64,000 bases of DNA from Actinomycetota bacterium (GCA_019348495.1 JAHWJI010000001.1:9606-73605); one strand, 5' to 3'. Shown: positions 53,198 through 62,735, numbered from the stretch's first letter. Program-made: numbers and translations. The notes: a model not told the origin generated them from the sequence alone.

Positions 53198-53695
53198 TCA
53201 ACCGGGCCGGTGGGGCGGGAGACCGTCGTCAGGAGAGCTCAACGGGCCGCTGCTCGGCCGTCCGCTGCGCTCGGCCAGCTCAGCGTCCCACGCGTTGGCC
53301 CGGTCACGGTCCCAGCCCTCGCTGGTGGACAGCACCTCACCCTCACCGCTCACCAGGACCAGCGTCGGCACCGTCTCGATCCGGTAGGCGCGCGAGGTGG
53401 TGAACCCGTCGCTGTCGTCGAGCACGGGGGCGCCGAAGCCCGCCTCGTCGAGCCAGGGCCTGGCTTTGACCAGGGGGTCCTGGGCGACGGCGGTGACGGT
53501 CACCGCATCGCCGTAACGCCGGGCCAGCTCGCCCCACACCGGGAACGACAGCACGCACACCGGGCAACTGGTCTTGAAGAACGCCAGCAGGGCCGGACCG
53601 GCTGCGGTGAGCTCGGCCAGGTCCAGTCGCTCCCGCCCGTCACCAGCGGCGGGCAGTTCGAAGTCCGGGGCGATGGATCCCGGGGCCAGGGTCAT
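53198..53695 (-). CDS. thioredoxin-fold protein (TlpA/redoxin-like, CPVC)
   Basis: 165 aa. APDFELPAAG...ALLAFFKTSCPVCVLSFP is a redoxin pattern with a CxxC motif. Confidence 0.8.
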   Translation of the reverse strand: MTLAPGSIAPDFELPAAGDGRERLDLAELTAAGPALLAFFKTSCPVCVLSFPVWGELARRYGDAVTVTAVAQDPLVKARPWLDEAGFGAPVLDDSDGFTTSRAYRIETVPTLVLVSGEGEVLSTSEGWDRDRANAWDAELAERSGRPSSGPLSSPDDGLPPHRPG

Positions 53696-53811
53696 GGCTG
53701 GTCCTCGTCGTCACTGTGCAGGCGCATGACCGTCGAAGGTAGCCACGACGACGACCGGCCGTGCGCCTGCGGGGCGGAGGTGCACGACACCTCTGAGGCC
53801 GACCAGACCGG

Positions 53812-53840
53812 ATGACAGCAGTGGCAACCGGTGCTAGGTT
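53812..53840 (+). promoter_or_regulatory. promoter candidate ATGACA-N17-TAGGTT for the second cold-shock gene
   Basis: ATGACA (53812-53817), a 17-nt spacer and TAGGTT (53835-53840, a TANNNT type) would give a leader of about 55 nt before GTG 53903. Confidence 0.35.
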
Positions 53841-53902
53841 CCCCTCCATCAGGTGGGTACGTGCGACAGGCCGACCCCATCGAGCAACAAGGGGGATCGG
53901 TT

Positions 53903-54103
53903 GTGGCAACCGGCACCGTGAAGTGGTTCAACGCCGAAAAGGGCTACGGGTTCATCCAGCGTGAGGGTGGCTCGGATCTCTTCGTCCACTACACCGCCAT
54001 CAACGGCTCGGGCTACAAGTCCCTCGAAGAGGGTCAGGCCGTCGAGTTCGAGGTGACGCAAGGACCCAAGGGCGACCAGGCGCAGAACGTCACCACCATC
54101 TGA
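53903..54103 (+). CDS. cspA: cold-shock protein (CspA family)
   Basis: GTG 53903 inside track ORF 53831..54103, preceded by AAGGGGGA. (M)[32 protein letters not shown]. Confidence 0.95.
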   Translation: MATGTVKWFNAEKGYGFIQREGGSDLFVHYTAINGSGYKSLEEGQAVEFEVTQGPKGDQAQNVTTI

Positions 54104-54112
54104 GCCCGCTCC

Positions 54113-54622
54113 TCAGACTGCGCCCGGTGTCCCCAGGGCGTCGGCCACCCGGCTCGCCTCGGACTCGGCCACCTCGTGGATGACGAGGTCGCGGAGGTAG
54201 TGCGACACCCGGGGGACCGGGGCCCGCGCCCAGTTGCCCTCCTCGTAGTCGAAGTACCACGACCCCCAGTCGTCGAGTTCGTACAACGCGTCCACCTCCT
54301 CTGGGGTCAGCTCCTCGAGCAGGGCCAGGCGCAGGGGAGCGTCATGGGGCTGCCACCCACCGGTGACGACGTCGAGGATCCAGCCGCCGTGACCATCGAG
54401 GCGATAGAGCGCCTCAGGGTGGTCGCCCCGGAAGCGGGTGAAGGAGCCGGCCGGCCCCGGCATCTTGTAGGGCTGGTTGCGCCGTCCCCCGGCGTAGGTG
54501 GCGAACCATCGGGTGGTGGCCACGTTGGGCAGCCAACCACTGGCCCGCAGACCCTCCTCGTCGATCTCCCGTGCGAGGAACGCCACCACGGACTGGCGGG
54601 TGCGAGAGCGGGCGGCGCCCAT
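54113..54622 (-). CDS. hypothetical protein (169 aa)
   Basis: Track ORF with good GC3 bias, rich in Trp/Tyr/Asp (DDWGSWYFDYEEGNW). No family recognised. Confidence 0.55.
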   Translation of the reverse strand: MGAARSRTRQSVVAFLAREIDEEGLRASGWLPNVATTRWFATYAGGRRNQPYKMPGPAGSFTRFRGDHPEALYRLDGHGGWILDVVTGGWQPHDAPLRLALLEELTPEEVDALYELDDWGSWYFDYEEGNWARAPVPRVSHYLRDLVIHEVAESEASRVADALGTPGAV

Positions 54623-54746
54623 CGAGGCTCCTGAGGTCGGCGACAGGGCCGCAGCACCCTAGCCGGGCGAGCGCGGACGACATCACTGGCCGCGGGACGG
54701 ACCGGGGTGACCATGGTGTGAGGGAGATGCTCGCTAGCCTCGGCCG

Positions 54747-55652
54747 GTGCCGATGGGGCCGTTGACTCGACGGTGGGTCCCGGGGGCGCTGGTGATGGCG
54801 GCGCTGGTCCTCGCCGGCTGTGGCCGCGCTGCCGACTCGCCGCCGGACGCCGCCGCCGAGGCCGCGCCCGACACCACGACCTCCACCATGTCGCCGGGCG
54901 TGTCGACCACCGAGGTGCCCGATCCGGGCGGTGCCGGCGCCGCCAACGGCGTCGCTGCCCGACCGTCGTGGCTCGGGACCCGCCCCCTCCCGCTCCGTCC
55001 CGACGGCTACGGCGAGGTCCAGCCCACGCCACCGGAGCTGCGTGACCGGCGCCTGGCCACCATCGACGTGCTGGACCCGCCCGTCGACGCGGCGTTCACC
55101 TCCTCGGTCGGGCCGGTGCCGCCGGCGGTGACCGCCCGTTCCACCTGGGAGCCGGCCTGCCCCGTCGGTCTCGACGACCTGCGCCACGTGACGGTGAGCT
55201 TCTGGGGCTTCGACGACCGGCCCCACACCGGCGAGCTGTTGGTCCACGCCGACGTGGCCGACGACGTGGTCGGGGCCTTTGCGCGCCTGCACGAGGCCCG
55301 CTTCCCCATCGAGGAGATGCGCATCACCCGGCTCGACGAGCTCGGGGCCCATCCCACCGGTGACGCCAACAACACCGGCGCCTTCGTCTGCCGGCCCTCA
55401 CGGGGCACGACGTCGTGGTCGGAGCACGCCTACGGCCGAGCCGTGGACATCAACCCTTTCCACAACCCCTACGTCAAGGGCGACCTCGTGCTGCCCGAGC
55501 TGGCCTCGGCCTACATCGACCGCTCGACGCCGCGACCGGGCATGATCTTGCCCGACGACGTGGCCACTGCCGCCTTCGCCGACATCGGCTGGGGCTGGGG
55601 AGGGACGTGGCGTTCCCAGGACTACATGCACTTCTCCGCCAGCGGACGCTGA
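54747..55652 (+). CDS. M15-family metallopeptidase (D-Ala-D-Ala carboxypeptidase-like) lipoprotein
   Basis: 301 aa. ALVMAALVLAGCG signal with lipobox. SEHAYGRAVDINP (HxxxxxxD) and DYMHFS (the final His) are M15 zinc-ligand motifs. Confidence 0.8.
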   Translation: MPMGPLTRRWVPGALVMAALVLAGCGRAADSPPDAAAEAAPDTTTSTMSPGVSTTEVPDPGGAGAANGVAARPSWLGTRPLPLRPDGYGEVQPTPPELRDRRLATIDVLDPPVDAAFTSSVGPVPPAVTARSTWEPACPVGLDDLRHVTVSFWGFDDRPHTGELLVHADVADDVVGAFARLHEARFPIEEMRITRLDELGAHPTGDANNTGAFVCRPSRGTTSWSEHAYGRAVDINPFHNPYVKGDLVLPELASAYIDRSTPRPGMILPDDVATAAFADIGWGWGGTWRSQDYMHFSASGR

Positions 55653-55675
55653 CCCGCGGGTTCACTCCCAGGGGG

Positions 55676-55704
55676 TTGCTCTCCTGATCGGCGATATCTA
55701 GCGT
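55676..55704 (+). promoter_or_regulatory. promoter candidate TTGCTC-N17-TAGCGT upstream of the PP2C gene
   Basis: TTGCTC (55676-55681), a 17-nt spacer and TAGCGT (55699-55704). GTG 55773 is preceded by GAAGGGGG. Confidence 0.35.
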
Positions 55705-55772
55705 GGCGGGTGCCGCGCAGATGAGCCGTTCGGGCCATCCTGCGCGGCCCGATCCCGAAGGGGGCTCGATCC

Positions 55773-56957
55773 GTGACAGCCACGCCCTCGTTCGGACCTC
55801 TGCTCGAGGCGCTCGACGCCGCCCCGCCCTTCGCCCTTCCCGACGTGGTGTTGGTCGAGCTCTCCAACACCGTGGGGGCGTCGTCGTGCCTCGTGCTGCT
55901 GGCCGACTACGAGTCCAAGTCCCTCGAACCCGTCCCGAGCGCGTCGTCGCCTCCCGGGATGAGCGGCCAGTCGGTCGACGGCAGCTTGGCCGGCCGGTGC
56001 TACAGGGAGCAGCGGGCGAGGACTGAACAGGGCGGGCGACGGGTCTTCGTGCCCATGACGGTGCGCGGTGAGCGCATCGGCGTGCTCGACGTCCACTTCC
56101 CCACCGAGGTCGACGGCCCCACCCAGGACCATCTGGCGCAGGTCGGGGCGGTCCTGGCCCACGTGGTCAACGGGGCTCGGCGCTACACCGACCACTTCGA
56201 GCGCATCCGCCGGCGGCGCCAACTCAGCCTGGCCGCCGAGATCCAGTGGGAGCTCCTGCCGGTGCTGGCCTTCTCCCATGCCGCCTTCTGCGTGGCCGGT
56301 CACCTCGAGCCCGCCTACGACATCGGCGGCGACACCTTCGACTACGCCGTCGAGCCCGCCAACCTCACGCTGGGCATCAGTGACGCTCGCGGCCACGGGC
56401 TGCGGGCCGCGCTGCTGGGGGCCCTGGCCACCACCGCACTACGCAACAGCCGGCGCCGGGGCGAGGGCCTGGTCAAGCAGGTGGCCGCGGCCCACCGGGC
56501 GCTGCTCGCCCAGTTCGGCGGCGAGGACTTCGTGACGATCGCCCTGATGACCGTCGACCTTCCCTCCGGCGCTGCCGCCCTGGTCAACGCCGGCCACCTC
56601 CCGCCCCTGGTCATCCGCAACGGCAGGTGCCAGCGGGTGCGGGTGGAGCCGCAACCTCCCCTCGGCATGTTCGCCGCGACCACCTACCGGCCCCAGCGCC
56701 TCAGCCTCGTTCCCGGTGACCGGCTGGTGCTCTTCACCGACGGCATCACCGAGGCCACACCCGAGGGCGGGGCCACCTTCGGCGAAGCTCGCCTCGTCGA
56801 CCTGTTGCTGGAGACCCGCTCGACCCCGCCGGTCGAGACCGTGCGGCTCGTCTCCCACAAGGTGCTCGACCACCGTGCCGGCCAACTCAACGACGACGCC
56901 ACCGTCGTGGTGCTCGACTGGCACGGTCCACCCGAGGGCTCGACTGCGCCGGTGTGA
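55773..56957 (+). CDS. PP2C/SpoIIE-family serine phosphatase with an N-terminal sensor (GAF-like) domain
   Basis: 394 aa. EIQWELLP, YDIGGDTFDY, GISDARGHGLRAAL, LVLFTDGITEA and NDDATVVVLDW are SpoIIE/RsbU-type motifs. Confidence 0.85.
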   Translation: MTATPSFGPLLEALDAAPPFALPDVVLVELSNTVGASSCLVLLADYESKSLEPVPSASSPPGMSGQSVDGSLAGRCYREQRARTEQGGRRVFVPMTVRGERIGVLDVHFPTEVDGPTQDHLAQVGAVLAHVVNGARRYTDHFERIRRRRQLSLAAEIQWELLPVLAFSHAAFCVAGHLEPAYDIGGDTFDYAVEPANLTLGISDARGHGLRAALLGALATTALRNSRRRGEGLVKQVAAAHRALLAQFGGEDFVTIALMTVDLPSGAAALVNAGHLPPLVIRNGRCQRVRVEPQPPLGMFAATTYRPQRLSLVPGDRLVLFTDGITEATPEGGATFGEARLVDLLLETRSTPPVETVRLVSHKVLDHRAGQLNDDATVVVLDWHGPPEGSTAPV

Positions 56958-57002
56958 CCGGCTGAGCACCAGGCTCTTCGGGTCCGGCCCTCCGTCGAGG
57001 GG

Positions 57003-58616
57003 TCAGCCGCCGGCGAGCGACGGGGGGGCCGACGAGGTGGCCTGGAAGCGCACATCGACCTCGAGGGCGCTCTGGAGCAACTCTTTGCGCTCCTCGGCGG
57101 TGTAGAGCTCGAGGGATGCTTCGCCTCCGGCGTGGACCTCCACCACCAGCGCCGATCCTTCCCGCCGGCAGGCGAGACGCTGCACCACCCCGGCGTGGGT
57201 CCGATCGAGAGCGACGGCGATGCGCAAGATCCCGGCCAGGGTCCGCACCAGGCGCTGGTCGACCGACGACAGTGACGCGAACGCCTGGTGCTTGGCCTTG
57301 GGCACGCTCTTGCGGTGATAGCGGGCCACCTGGGCGATGAGCTCCACCTCGCGCTGGGTGAAGCCCCGCAGGTGCTCGGCGTGACGGATGACGTAATAGG
57401 AGTGCAGGTGGTGACGCTCATGGGAGATGGCGATGCCCACGTTGGCCAGCAGGGCCGCGGCGGCCAGGAACTCGCGAGCCTCGCCGCCGAGGTCGTGCAG
57501 CTCGGTCGTGGCGTCGAACAACTCGAGGGCCAGGCGCCGGCAATGTTCGGCGTGGTCGCGCTCCTCGGGACAGAGCTGGCTCAAGCGACGCACGCTGCGG
57601 CTGCGGATGTCGGCCGTCCCCTCGCCGATGAGGCTCGACGACGGGCTCGATCGCTGCAGGGTGTCGAGCACCAGGCCCTCCCGCAGGGCGTAGTCCGAGG
57701 CCGTCATCTCCTCGATGCCCAGGGCCGCGGCGGCCTCTTCGAGGAGGATGGCGCCGGCCACGATGATGTCGGCGCGACGGGCGTCGAGACCGGGGACCTT
57801 CAGCCGCTGCTTGACGGTGGTGGCGTCGAGGAGGGTGGCAACCACCTTGCCCAGCTCCTTGCGGGTGAAGGTGATGTTGCTCACCGCACGGCCCGACTCG
57901 CCCCGGCGCTGGCGCGCCATCTCAGCCACGCTGAGGATGGTCCCCGAGCTGCCGATGGCCACGTCGAAGCCGTGGCGGCGCACCTCCCGCACCACCGGTC
58001 CCAGGTAGGCCCGGACATGGGTCCGGCACCGCTTCACCTGGCCGGACGTGAGGGGCTCTTCGGCGAAGAACCGGTCGCTCAGGCGGATGGCCCCCAGCTT
58101 GAGGCTCCGGGCCGCGAGCATCTCGGTGCCCTCGCCCACCACGAACTCGGTGCTCCCCCCGCCGATGTCGATGACCAACAGGCGCACGTCGGCCGCGGCC
58201 ACGTCCTGGAGGACCCCGAGGTGGATGAGCCGGGCCTCCTCCAGGCCGGACACCACCTCGACCTCGACGCCGGCCTCGTCCCGGGCCCGACGCAGGAACT
58301 CGTCGCGGTTGTCGGCCTCGCGCACGGCGCTGGTGGCGATGGCGCGCACACCGGCGTCGGAGATCTCGGCGATGCGGCGGAACCGGCGCAGCGCGTCGAC
58401 GCCCCGGTCGATGGCGGCGGGGGCGAGGCGCTTCATGTCGCCCGAGCCCGAGCCCAGTCGCACCACCTCCTTCTCCCGGGCGATGATCTCGAAGGCGACG
58501 GCGCTGGTGGTGCGGGCCACCACCAGGTGGAACGAGTTGGTGCCGATGTCGATGGCCGCCAGCACCTGGCCCGGTCCCGGTCCCGCCGACGCGCCGTCGC
58601 TGCCCCCCGTCGTCAC
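57003..58616 (-). CDS. ppx: Ppx/GppA-family phosphatase with a C-terminal HD domain
   Basis: 537 aa. AAIDIGTNSFHLVV, VIDIGGGSTEFV and GSSGT are actin-like ATPase-fold motifs, followed by the HD region (HAEHCRRLALELFD...ISHERHHLHSYYVIRH). Confidence 0.9.
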   Translation of the reverse strand: MTTGGSDGASAGPGPGQVLAAIDIGTNSFHLVVARTTSAVAFEIIAREKEVVRLGSGSGDMKRLAPAAIDRGVDALRRFRRIAEISDAGVRAIATSAVREADNRDEFLRRARDEAGVEVEVVSGLEEARLIHLGVLQDVAAADVRLLVIDIGGGSTEFVVGEGTEMLAARSLKLGAIRLSDRFFAEEPLTSGQVKRCRTHVRAYLGPVVREVRRHGFDVAIGSSGTILSVAEMARQRRGESGRAVSNITFTRKELGKVVATLLDATTVKQRLKVPGLDARRADIIVAGAILLEEAAAALGIEEMTASDYALREGLVLDTLQRSSPSSSLIGEGTADIRSRSVRRLSQLCPEERDHAEHCRRLALELFDATTELHDLGGEAREFLAAAALLANVGIAISHERHHLHSYYVIRHAEHLRGFTQREVELIAQVARYHRKSVPKAKHQAFASLSSVDQRLVRTLAGILRIAVALDRTHAGVVQRLACRREGSALVVEVHAGGEASLELYTAEERKELLQSALEVDVRFQATSSAPPSLAGG

Positions 58617-58637
58617 GGCGGGTCAGTCAACTCGCCG

Positions 58638-60197
58638 TCACCGGCGTGCGCCAAGACGTCCCCCTCGCGCCCGGGCCTCGTCCCGCAACAGTGCCCGCGC
58701 CGCCGCCCGGCCCGGTGTGCCGGCGATGCCGCCGGCCGGGTTGGTCCCCGCCCCCGACAGGTACAGCCCGGCCACCGGTGTGCGGTGGTCGCCCAGGGCC
58801 CGGGTCGGCCGCAGCGGTCCGAGCTGGTCGAGGGCCAGGTCGAGGTGCATGGGATGGGCACCCGGCCAGCGATGCACCGACGCCATCACGTCGGGTGTGT
58901 AGGCGGCCACGCCCCGGACCTCGGCGCCGAAGCCCGGCGCCCGCTGCTCGAGCGTGGCCAGGCAGCGCTCGACGAGCTCCTCGCGGTGTGCGGGCCAACC
59001 TCCCTCCACCTCTGCCGGCGCCGCGGGACACGCCACGTAGATTGCGTGGTGGCCGGGCGGGGCCAGGCTGTCGTCGAGGGCCGAGGTGGTGAAGGCGTAG
59101 AGCGGCAGGCAATCGGGCAGGCGCCGGGCCTGGGCCTGGTGCCAGGCGTCGGTGAGGTCGTCGAGGCGGTCGACGTAGCTCTGCAGGCCGTTCCAGTCGC
59201 CGGGCCGAGCCCCGGGATAGCCGGGGAGCGCGGCGGCGGCCACGTGGACCACGGCTTGGACCACGTTCCCGCGCCGGGCCGCGGCCAGGTCGGCCCCCGC
59301 CCGCCCGCAGAGGGGTGGGTCGAGGAGCGCCAACATCGCCGTCTTGGGATCCATGGCCGTCACCACCGCCGAGCACACCAGGCGCTCCCCGGCCTCGGTC
59401 ACCACGGCCCGGACCCGGCCACGAGGAGCCTCGATGCGCGCCACCCCGGCTGCGCAGCGCACCTCCACGCCCAGTGAGACGGCCCGACGCACGAGGGCGT
59501 CGGTGAGCCCCTGGGCGCCGCCCCGTGCGTGCCACTGACCGAACCGGTGGTAGGCGGCCTGCCAGAAGGCGTAGAGGGCGCCACCCGGGGTGGCCGGGCC
59601 CATCCCGGCATGAGCGGCGAAGGCGGCCACCGGCCCCCGGGTCAGGTCCGACGTCAGCCGCCGCGCCAGCAGCGACTCGTAGGGGCCGAGCACGTCGCGC
59701 ACGGCGCCGAGGGGGCCGGGTCGCAGGGCCCGGGTCAGGTGGGCCAGGCGCCGGGGCAGCTCCTTGATCGACACGTCGCCCCGTATCGCCGGCAGGATGG
59801 CGCCCACCACGGGTACCGCCTGGTCGACGAAGGCCTGGTAGGCCCTGGCCTCCTCGGGGCTGGACTCGGCGATCGAGTCGACGGTGGCCTCCACCGAACG
59901 GTAGAAGCGCACCCGGCGCCCGTCGGCGTGCACGGCGACGGAGAAGGGGTCCATCTCCTGGTACACGAGCCCGGCCCCGGCCAGGTCGAGCTCGGCGGGG
60001 ATGTCGGTCATGTTGATGATGTTGTGGGCCACGGAGTGCAGGTCGAAGCGGTAGCCGGGAATGGTCTCCTCGGTGCGGGACCCACCGCCGGGACGATCGA
60101 GCTGCTCGAGCACCACCACCTGGCGCCCGGCCCGGGCCAGGTAGCAGGCGGCGACCAGGCCGTTGTGGCCGGCCCCGACCACGACCACGTCGACCAT
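58638..60197 (-). CDS. FAD-dependent oxidoreductase, phytoene-desaturase (CrtI) family
   Basis: 519 aa. N-terminal VDVVVVGAGHNGLVAACYLARAG...VLEQLDRPGG dinucleotide-binding motif and C-terminal LYLSGAGTNPAGGIAG. The ATG overlaps the upstream stop (TGATG 60195-60199). Confidence 0.85.
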   Translation of the reverse strand: MVDVVVVGAGHNGLVAACYLARAGRQVVVLEQLDRPGGGSRTEETIPGYRFDLHSVAHNIINMTDIPAELDLAGAGLVYQEMDPFSVAVHADGRRVRFYRSVEATVDSIAESSPEEARAYQAFVDQAVPVVGAILPAIRGDVSIKELPRRLAHLTRALRPGPLGAVRDVLGPYESLLARRLTSDLTRGPVAAFAAHAGMGPATPGGALYAFWQAAYHRFGQWHARGGAQGLTDALVRRAVSLGVEVRCAAGVARIEAPRGRVRAVVTEAGERLVCSAVVTAMDPKTAMLALLDPPLCGRAGADLAAARRGNVVQAVVHVAAAALPGYPGARPGDWNGLQSYVDRLDDLTDAWHQAQARRLPDCLPLYAFTTSALDDSLAPPGHHAIYVACPAAPAEVEGGWPAHREELVERCLATLEQRAPGFGAEVRGVAAYTPDVMASVHRWPGAHPMHLDLALDQLGPLRPTRALGDHRTPVAGLYLSGAGTNPAGGIAGTPGRAAARALLRDEARARGGRLGARR

Positions 60198-61423
60198 CAG
60201 GAGAAGAGCGGGTCCTGGCCTGGCCAGGGCGCAGGCGAGGCGCCGGCGGGCTCGTCGGGCGGCCTCGGCGGCCGTCGGAAGTGCTTGCCCAGCGTCTCCA
60301 CCTGGCCCTGGTAGTTCGAGCCGATCTGGTCACCGTAGAGCTTCTCGGGCGGCGCGAGCATGTGCTCGAAGGTGAGCTTGCACACCCGCTGGCGGTGCTC
60401 GATCATGAACGGCACGTCGTGGGCCCGCACCTCCAGGGCGGCACGCGACCCCTTGAGGGCGCCGCTCGGGTGGTAGCCGAAGCCCGGATCGAAGAACCCG
60501 GCGTAGTGGGTGCGCAGCTCGCCACTGGTGGGGTCGTAGGCGGTCATCTCCGCGGCCAGGTCGGGCGGCACCCTCACGCTCTCCTCGGAGAGCAGGAGGT
60601 AGAAGCGCTCGGGCGCCAACACGATGCGGTCGCCCTCCTCGCGCGTCACCGGCTCCCAGTAGTGCTCGGGATCGAAGGCGTCGATGCGGTGCATCTGCAG
60701 CAGCGGGGCGTAGCTCTTGGCCCGGTGACCGACGCGTCCGGCGGCGTCGCCCCGCAGGTCCAGGCCGAGGAAGAGGCCGTCGGAGGTGACGAGGTCGGCA
60801 TCGGGCACGGGCTCGCCCGAACGGAACAGCAGCGGTCGCTCGCCGTGGAGGCGGCGCAGCTCGTCGTCGTCGAGGGAGACCTTGCCGCCGCACACCAGCC
60901 GTAGCTGGTTCAGCGCCAGCCTCTGGCGAACCCGCACGGTGAACGACAGGGGGACGACCTCGAGGTAGAGCTTGCCCCGATAGCCCGGAGCGATCTCGTC
61001 GAAGCGATCCCCCTCGTCGGTGATGACCCTGGTGAAGACGTCGAGGCGCCCGGTGGAGCTCTTGGGGTTGGTGCGGCCGCGCACGCCGGCGGGCAGGGCG
61101 AGCTCCTCGATGAGAGGGATCAGATAGGGCCGGTTGGTCTCGAGCACGGCACCGTCGTCACGCAGGTCGAGCTCGTCGACGATGAAGTCCTTGATCTTGT
61201 GCTCCACCAGGGCACGGTCGGGCAGGAAGCTGCAGCGGATGCGGTAGGCCACCTCGCCGAGACGCAGGTCGAGGCTGGCGGGCTGGATGCTCGACTCGGG
61301 GATCTTGTACTCGCCCCCGTCGATCCACCCCGCCGCCACCGCGGCCCGTAGCTGCTGGCTGGGCAGCACTCCCTCGCCACGCCCCGGTCGGCTCCCGCCG
61401 GCTCGGCCCCGCGGTCCGGTCAT
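60197..61423 (-). CDS. 2'-deoxycytidine 5'-triphosphate deaminase-like protein (long, two-lobed DCD family)
   Basis: ATG 61423 inside track ORF 60197..62257. GVLPSQQLRAAVAAGWI...SIQPASLDLRLGEVAYR...RTNPKSSTGRLDVFTRVI...GELRTHYAGFFDPGFG matches my memory of the roughly 360-400-aa DCD family. The family call needs an HMM check. Confidence 0.7.
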   Translation of the reverse strand: MTGPRGRAGGSRPGRGEGVLPSQQLRAAVAAGWIDGGEYKIPESSIQPASLDLRLGEVAYRIRCSFLPDRALVEHKIKDFIVDELDLRDDGAVLETNRPYLIPLIEELALPAGVRGRTNPKSSTGRLDVFTRVITDEGDRFDEIAPGYRGKLYLEVVPLSFTVRVRQRLALNQLRLVCGGKVSLDDDELRRLHGERPLLFRSGEPVPDADLVTSDGLFLGLDLRGDAAGRVGHRAKSYAPLLQMHRIDAFDPEHYWEPVTREEGDRIVLAPERFYLLLSEESVRVPPDLAAEMTAYDPTSGELRTHYAGFFDPGFGYHPSGALKGSRAALEVRAHDVPFMIEHRQRVCKLTFEHMLAPPEKLYGDQIGSNYQGQVETLGKHFRRPPRPPDEPAGASPAPWPGQDPLFS

Positions 61424-61448
61424 CCGAGCTGAGCGTACTCTTGGTCCG

Positions 61449-62735
61449 ATGAGGAGATCCCGGCGGGCGTGGGGACCTGACCTGGCGGGCGTGGCCGTCC
61501 TCGCCGCCCTCGGCGCCGGCGGCCGCTTCGGCCGGCGAGGCGCCCTGCGGGCGACCGGCGCCGTCGTGGCCACTCGCTTGCTCTCGGGCCTGTGCCGGGT
61601 GCCCAAGGCCGTGGCCGACACCGCCGCAGCCAGCGCCTTGGCCATGGGCGCGGGCCTGGAGCTGCCCTGGCCCGGCGCCCTGCTGGCCGCGGCCCCGGGC
61701 CTGGTGGGCCTGCACCACGTCCGTGCCGGTGGAGCCCGCGCCGATGCGGTCCTGGCCGCCGCAGCCGTGGGCGCGGGCGTAGCCGTGGGCAGCGCCCGGC
61801 TGTGGCCGATCGCGCCCCGCACCGCTGCCGAGCTGCGTCCCGCCGGCGGCACCCGGCGACACCTGGCGGGCACGGCCGGTGACCTGGTGACGGTGGTGGT
61901 CAACACCAGCGCCGGCTCGAAAGGCGACGACGAAGCCTTCGACCACCTGCGACAGGCTCTCCCCGAGGCTCGCCTGGTCCAGCTGGGCGAGGGTGACGAC
62001 CTGGGGGACGCGCTGGAAGCCGCCGCCGCCGGCGCCCGCGTGCTGGGCGCCATGGGTGGCGACGGCACGCTCAACGCCGCCGCCGGCGTGGCCCACGCCC
62101 ACGGCGTGCCCCTGCTGGCGCTTCCCGGTGGCACGCTCAACCACTTCGCCCGTGACGTGGGCCTGGCGTCGACTGATGACGCCATCAGCGCCCTGGAGAG
62201 CGGCGAGGTGGTAGAGGTCGACCTGGCCTCGATCGACGGCCACTGCTTCCTCAACACCGCCAGCTTCGGGGGCTACGTGGAGCTGGTGGACGCTCGCAGG
62301 CAACTCGAGGACCGCATCGGCAAGTGGGCAGCCATGCTCGTCGCCCTCGTGCAGGTCCTGCGCCGTTCCCAAGCCACCGAGGTGGAGATCGACGGGCGCC
62401 GCCGCCTGCTGTGGATGATCTTCGTGGGCAACTGCGCCTACCACCCCCACGGCTTCGCCCCCAGCTGGCGGACGCGCCTCGACGACGGCCAACTCGACGT
62501 CCGCCTGGTCGACGCCGGCTTGCCCGGGGCCCGGATCCGTCTGGTCCTCGCCGTGCTGACGGGCCGCCTGGGGCGCTGCCGGGCCTACGAGCAGTGGTCC
62601 ACCCGTCAGGTCGACGTCCGGCGTGTCGACGGTGACCGGCGCCTGGCGCGCGACGGCGAGACCTTCGACGGTTCGGCCGAGTTCTCCATCGTCAAGTGCG
62701 ACGAGCCCCTCCTCGTCTACGCCCCCCACGGCTGA
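61449..62735 (+). CDS. diacylglycerol/lipid kinase family protein (DagK/YegS-like) with an N-terminal hydrophobic extension
   Basis: ATG 61449 inside track ORF 61287..62735. About 150 aa of Ala/Gly/Leu-rich hydrophobic sequence, then VVVNTSAGS, GGDGTLN and LPGGTLNHFARD kinase catalytic motifs. Confidence 0.85.
   Translation: MRRSRRAWGPDLAGVAVLAALGAGGRFGRRGALRATGAVVATRLLSGLCRVPKAVADTAAASALAMGAGLELPWPGALLAAAPGLVGLHHVRAGGARADAVLAAAAVGAGVAVGSARLWPIAPRTAAELRPAGGTRRHLAGTAGDLVTVVVNTSAGSKGDDEAFDHLRQALPEARLVQLGEGDDLGDALEAAAAGARVLGAMGGDGTLNAAAGVAHAHGVPLLALPGGTLNHFARDVGLASTDDAISALESGEVVEVDLASIDGHCFLNTASFGGYVELVDARRQLEDRIGKWAAMLVALVQVLRRSQATEVEIDGRRRLLWMIFVGNCAYHPHGFAPSWRTRLDDGQLDVRLVDAGLPGARIRLVLAVLTGRLGRCRAYEQWSTRQVDVRRVDGDRRLARDGETFDGSAEFSIVKCDEPLLVYAPHG

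Noticed and set aside
60197-61423. Calling the DCD-like gene an antiphage dCTP-depletion effector.
   Set aside because: There are no other defence-type genes, no mobile context, and the gene is tightly embedded with housekeeping-like enzymes. The idea is kept only as a remark inside the corresponding finding.
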